DNA from: Coniocarpon cinnabarinum
Taxonomy: Eukaryota
Length of the DNA: 64,000 nucleotides
NCBI GenBank assembly: GCA_051942205.1
Contig: JAVECO010000001.1
Coordinates: 62,001-126,000, forward strand
Direction of reading: 5' to 3'
Made by a program: the position numbers and the translations under genes. The notes under the pieces were generated by a model. That model worked only from the letters and a program-made list of their open reading frames with translations, searched no databases and was not told the DNA's origin. Positions 60,384 through 64,000 of the stretch are shown one piece after another; the first letter of the stretch is position 1, and each line of letters begins with the position of its first letter.

Positions 60384-62237
60384 ATGTCTGCTGAAGCAGA
60401 AACTGCACAGCCTGTTGGGGAGACCACACAGGAAAAGCCTGAGACTACTGCTGCCACAGAATCCTCGGACCCTTCCCCGAATGAGTCCACATCCATAGGT
60501 AACGCCTTCCGCTGCCATGAGTTGCACCCTCCTGCCACAATTCTGACATGCTATAGCCAATGAACATGCGGCTGCTGCGCAGCCAGCACCCGCAACTGAA
60601 GCCAATGGCGAGACCTCTGCGGCTGACGACGCTGCCAAGACAGCGGACACCACCGCCGCCGAGCCTTCGGGCGCGACTGTGGTAGCGCCTGACAACGCAC
60701 CGGCGTCAGCCAAGAAGGGCAAAGAGACCAAGAAGCGACGATCTTCTGCCGCAGTGCCGGAGCACAAGAACAAGAAGGCGACACCCAAGAAGAAGGGCCC
60801 CGAGCTCCAGCTCAATGCCGAAGCTGGAGACCTCTTTCTTGCAACTATGAAGGGCTATCCGAAGTGGCCAGCGATCATCTGTGATGACGAAATGCTGCCG
60901 GAGACCCTTCTGGCAAATCGCCCTGTGACTGCTCGTCGACCCGATGGGACCTACCGTGAAGACTTTTCAGAAGGTGGCAAAAACGCCCGAGACCGCACAT
61001 ACCCAGTTATGTATCTGGGGACCTATGAATTGTGAGTGACAGTGTCTCGCATGTGAGAACTTTCGAAGCTGACGCTTTACCTGCAGCTCCTGGATGGTCA
61101 ATACCGCTCTGAGCCCCCTGACAGCCGAGCAAGCAGAGAACGCAAAGACGGACAAGATGTCTAAGAGCCTGGAGATGGCATACAGTGAAGCCAAAGAGGA
61201 TCATGATCTTGATCACTACAAGCAGCGCCTCATTGACTACCAGCGACAAGCCGAGGAGGCAGCTGCAGCGGCCGCTGCGAAGAAGGCCAAGACACCAAAG
61301 AAGAGCAAGAAGGCTGCTGAGGCAGAACAAGACGGAGACGAGGAGATGGCAGATGCCGATGCTGAAGCTCCCAAGTCCACCAAGTCGTCGTCCAAGAAGA
61401 GAAAGGCTGAATCCAACGAGAATGAAGAGGGCGGCAAGAAGAAGATGAAGCTCAACCTCAGCAAGGGAGCCAAGGCGGCAAACAACGAGTCCGCGAGCAA
61501 GCCCAAGGCAACGAAAGCGAAGACGCTGAAGACGCCGAAGACTGACAAGAAAGCTGCGAAGCCACAGGAGCCGCAGATCTCCGAGAAGGAGAAGCATGAC
61601 CGCACCAAGCAGAACAGTGAGTACACCCAAATCATTTGAGTCCTTAATGCCCGGTAGCTAATATTCTACAGCTCTGTACTGCCGACACCGACTCCAGAAG
61701 GCCTTCCTCACAAGCGATACACCACCCAAAGACGACGAGATGCCCACGATGGCCAAATACTTCGAGCAGCTCGAGAAGGCAGAGGGGATTGACGCCCAAA
61801 TCCTTCGAGACACCAAAATCCACAAAGTCATGAAGGGCATCGTCAAGCTCGCCAGCATCCCCAAGGACGACGAATTCCACTTCAAGTCACGATCCCAGAC
61901 CTTGCTTGATGGCTGGAACAAGCTCCTCGGTGAACCCACTGACAAAGCCCGCCCCTCGACTGCGAATGGTGAGAAGAAAGAAGAACCGGCGAGCGAGCCT
62001 GTCACGAAGACTGAGGAGAAGAAAGAGGAAGATGAGAAAATGGAGGAGGCGAATGAGCCCGTGGAACAGGTCACCCCAGGTGATGACGCCAAAGATGAGG
62101 CCATGCCAGATGCCGGAGCAAATGAAGCCGACGACCCCAAGCCGGCAGACGCGAGCGCAGACGCCGACGCCGACGCCGAAGCGCCCAAGGAAGACGGCAA
62201 CAAAGAGAGTGCCGTAGCTGTCGAGGCAGCCGCATAA
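60384..62237 (+). CDS. PWWP domain chromatin protein (Pdp3-like); 4 exons
   Basis: Exons 60384-60498, 60557-61031, 61087-61616 and 61672-62237. PWWP LATMKGYPKWPAII...YPVMYLGTYEFSW, a Lys-rich linker and C-terminal LYCRHRLQKAFL...TKIHKVMKGIVKL.SIPKDDEF. Confidence 0.88.
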
Positions 62238-62476
62238 ACGCACACCAAGCACGCGCGAAGTTGAAGACATGAGAGACGGCGGGAAAAGTGATGATTGCTT
62301 GTTTAGGATTTGGAGCTATTGCTCAATATCAATGGACGGGAAGGGCATTGCAGAGCTCGTCGGAAGTGATATATATATCATTCAGGAGCTCTTTCTCGTG
62401 GTCCAAGGCATGGCGTTGAAGACGTGATGCTTAGGTCTGCTCTATCGTATCTATTACTTTTGGGGCGACTATCGAT

Positions 62477-63229
62477 CTAGAGATATCTGGTGTAGCCATG
62501 GAGGAAATAAAATGTATCATTCAGCAGCTGGTCTTTCTTCGACTTACTTTCACTCGTGCCTCGCTGGATCCGTCCTATCGTCCTCGAGTACGTACGTACG
62601 CAGTCTCCTCCATACCTGTGGTGCCTCTGCGCCTTCCTCACGACACTCAGGGAGATTGTTGCTGGCGTTTCTCGGCGATTTAGTGCTAAGGCTATATTTC
62701 TTAACCCTATCGTTCCATGACTATTGATTTTGGATTTTATATCTTATAGATTGTCTTTGTCATACTTAACCTCTGCTTACACTTCTATTGAACCGTTGCT
62801 TAGCCTTTGCTTACTCTCCTATTTCAACTCTATCTTGATCTTTGCTAAATCTACTGCGAATCCCTTAGTCAGTATTTGGTCAACTTGCTGCTCGACCTAC
62901 TACTTGACCTATTATTTGACCTACGATTCGACCTATTATTCGAACTACTACTCGACCTACTGTTCGACCTACTGTTCAACCTACTGCTCGACCTACTATT
63001 CAACCTGCTGTTCAACCTACTATTCAACCTGCTATTTAACCTACTATTCAACCTGCTGTTCAACCTACTGCCCAACCTCCTGTCCAACCTCCTGTCCAAC
63101 CTACCGTTCAACCTCCTGCTCCACCCACTGCTCCGCCCACAATCCAAACTCTGCTCACCACTGCTCGCTCCCTCGATGCCTCGCGCGGTTTCCCGGTAAC
63201 ATTGCAGGCCTCGAATCCGTAATAGACAT
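62477..63229 (-). pseudogene. Probable RIP-inactivated gene encoding (V-E-Q-Q)n repeats
   Basis: One frame runs from ATG 63229 to TAG 62477 without frameshift. By my count 21 TAG/TAA codons sit at repeat positions occupied by CAG/CAA in sister units, with 3 more TAR downstream and one TGA upstream. Confidence 0.55.
62880..63143. repeat. 12-bp minisatellite, 22 units, consensus TCRACCTRCTRY
   Basis: Perfect 12-bp phase with no indels (tcaacttgctgc, tcgacctactac, ttgacctattat ... tcaacctcctgc). Variation is mostly C/T and G/A transitions. Confidence 0.9.
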
Positions 63230-64000
63230 TGAGACGTGATAGCTTGAGATGTCATGTTAGCACCTAGGCTTCGTGCTTGTGATGCCGTGCCTCCATCCAT
63301 TCGCAATCAGCTCTTAAAATCAGCTCTCAAATCAGCCTTCAGATGAGAAGACGAAGATATGGTTAGTGTACTAATACGAATCAGCGGAACGCTTTGCATC
63401 ACATGGTTGCTCATCACTGTGATGTGAGCCACTGTGATGTAGTGAGCGACGCACGATATGACAAGCCACTCATGACATGACAAGCTATGGTTTTGGAAAG
63501 CAGCGGCAGCGCTTCTCAGCTTCCACCCGTCAGACTTTCACTATTAAGTCTTAGCCTTTAATATGAGGGCAAATTATCGTTGAACCACAATTTACTGACA
63601 TCACTGGATCGTACCAGCACTGGCGGTGTCTTAACTCTGGGTGAACAGCGTGACTGGGACGCAGAGTTGTGAGAATCAAGCGAGCGAATATGAGAGAGGA
63701 GGGATGGGAAAGGAAAGGGGATACTTGAATGTACGTCTTGAGCGATTTGAATCATGACAATAGAAAAATGGAAGGAAGTGGTCTTCTTTTTCTCAATGAG
63801 TTGCCGCGTTCCCGTCCTGAGAGTCGGTTGAGTTGGATCTTCACACAATTGAGTATGATTTTCACTAAGGGGGTTGTTTTGAAAAATCAGTGGATCAAAA
63901 AGGGCACAGGATATAGATGAAGTAAAATATGGCATTTTTGCTAGTTGGTCCCGCACTTCTGACCGTTGGCGAAGTATTCGCAATGACGATCCTAATGTGC

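Noticed and set aside
62880..63143. CRISPR-like array
   Set aside because: Contiguous 12-mers with no unique spacers, in a eukaryotic context with no cas genes.
62724..63306. Cys/Tyr-rich (STYC)n, (LLFN)n and (SRLN)n ORFs as real proteins
   Set aside because: All are alternative readings of a 12-bp array, mostly with non-ATG starts. The mutation pattern is better explained by a RIP-damaged VEQQ frame.

Overview
A 64 kb stretch of a filamentous ascomycete (Pezizomycotina) nuclear chromosome. It is gene-dense, with short GT-AG introns carrying CTRAY-type branch points. I resolved about 21 intact protein genes by hand-splicing. They are: a PTH11-like membrane protein (cut by the window edge), a WrbA/Pst2 flavodoxin, a G-patch protein, SIP5, an ARA2-like aldo-keto reductase, CMC2, SmG, an NTR2-like protein, a CLIP-170-like CAP-Gly protein, a secreted SGNH/GDSL-fold protein, ARO8, TMEM14, a Clr5-ankyrin protein, OST2, RCL1, homocitrate synthase, an APH-type kinase, an RTC4-like protein, a hexose transporter, a head-to-head chitin synthase activator/class IV chitin synthase pair and a PWWP protein. 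No tRNA, rRNA, CRISPR array or intact transposon was recognised. Four observations stand out. (1) The intact secreted GDSL-fold gene appears to have all three catalytic-triad positions substituted (S>N, D>Q, H>D), making it a candidate pseudoenzyme. (2) A 12-bp array at 62.9-63.1 kb reads on the minus strand as a (V-E-Q-Q)n gene whose Gln codons were converted to TAG/TAA, as expected from RIP. (3) An SRR1-like ORF is split by a single in-frame TGA. (4) An accessory block at 27-35 kb carries the Clr5-ankyrin gene and a decayed F-box-like gene. All family calls come from motif recognition by eye, and no database searches were run.
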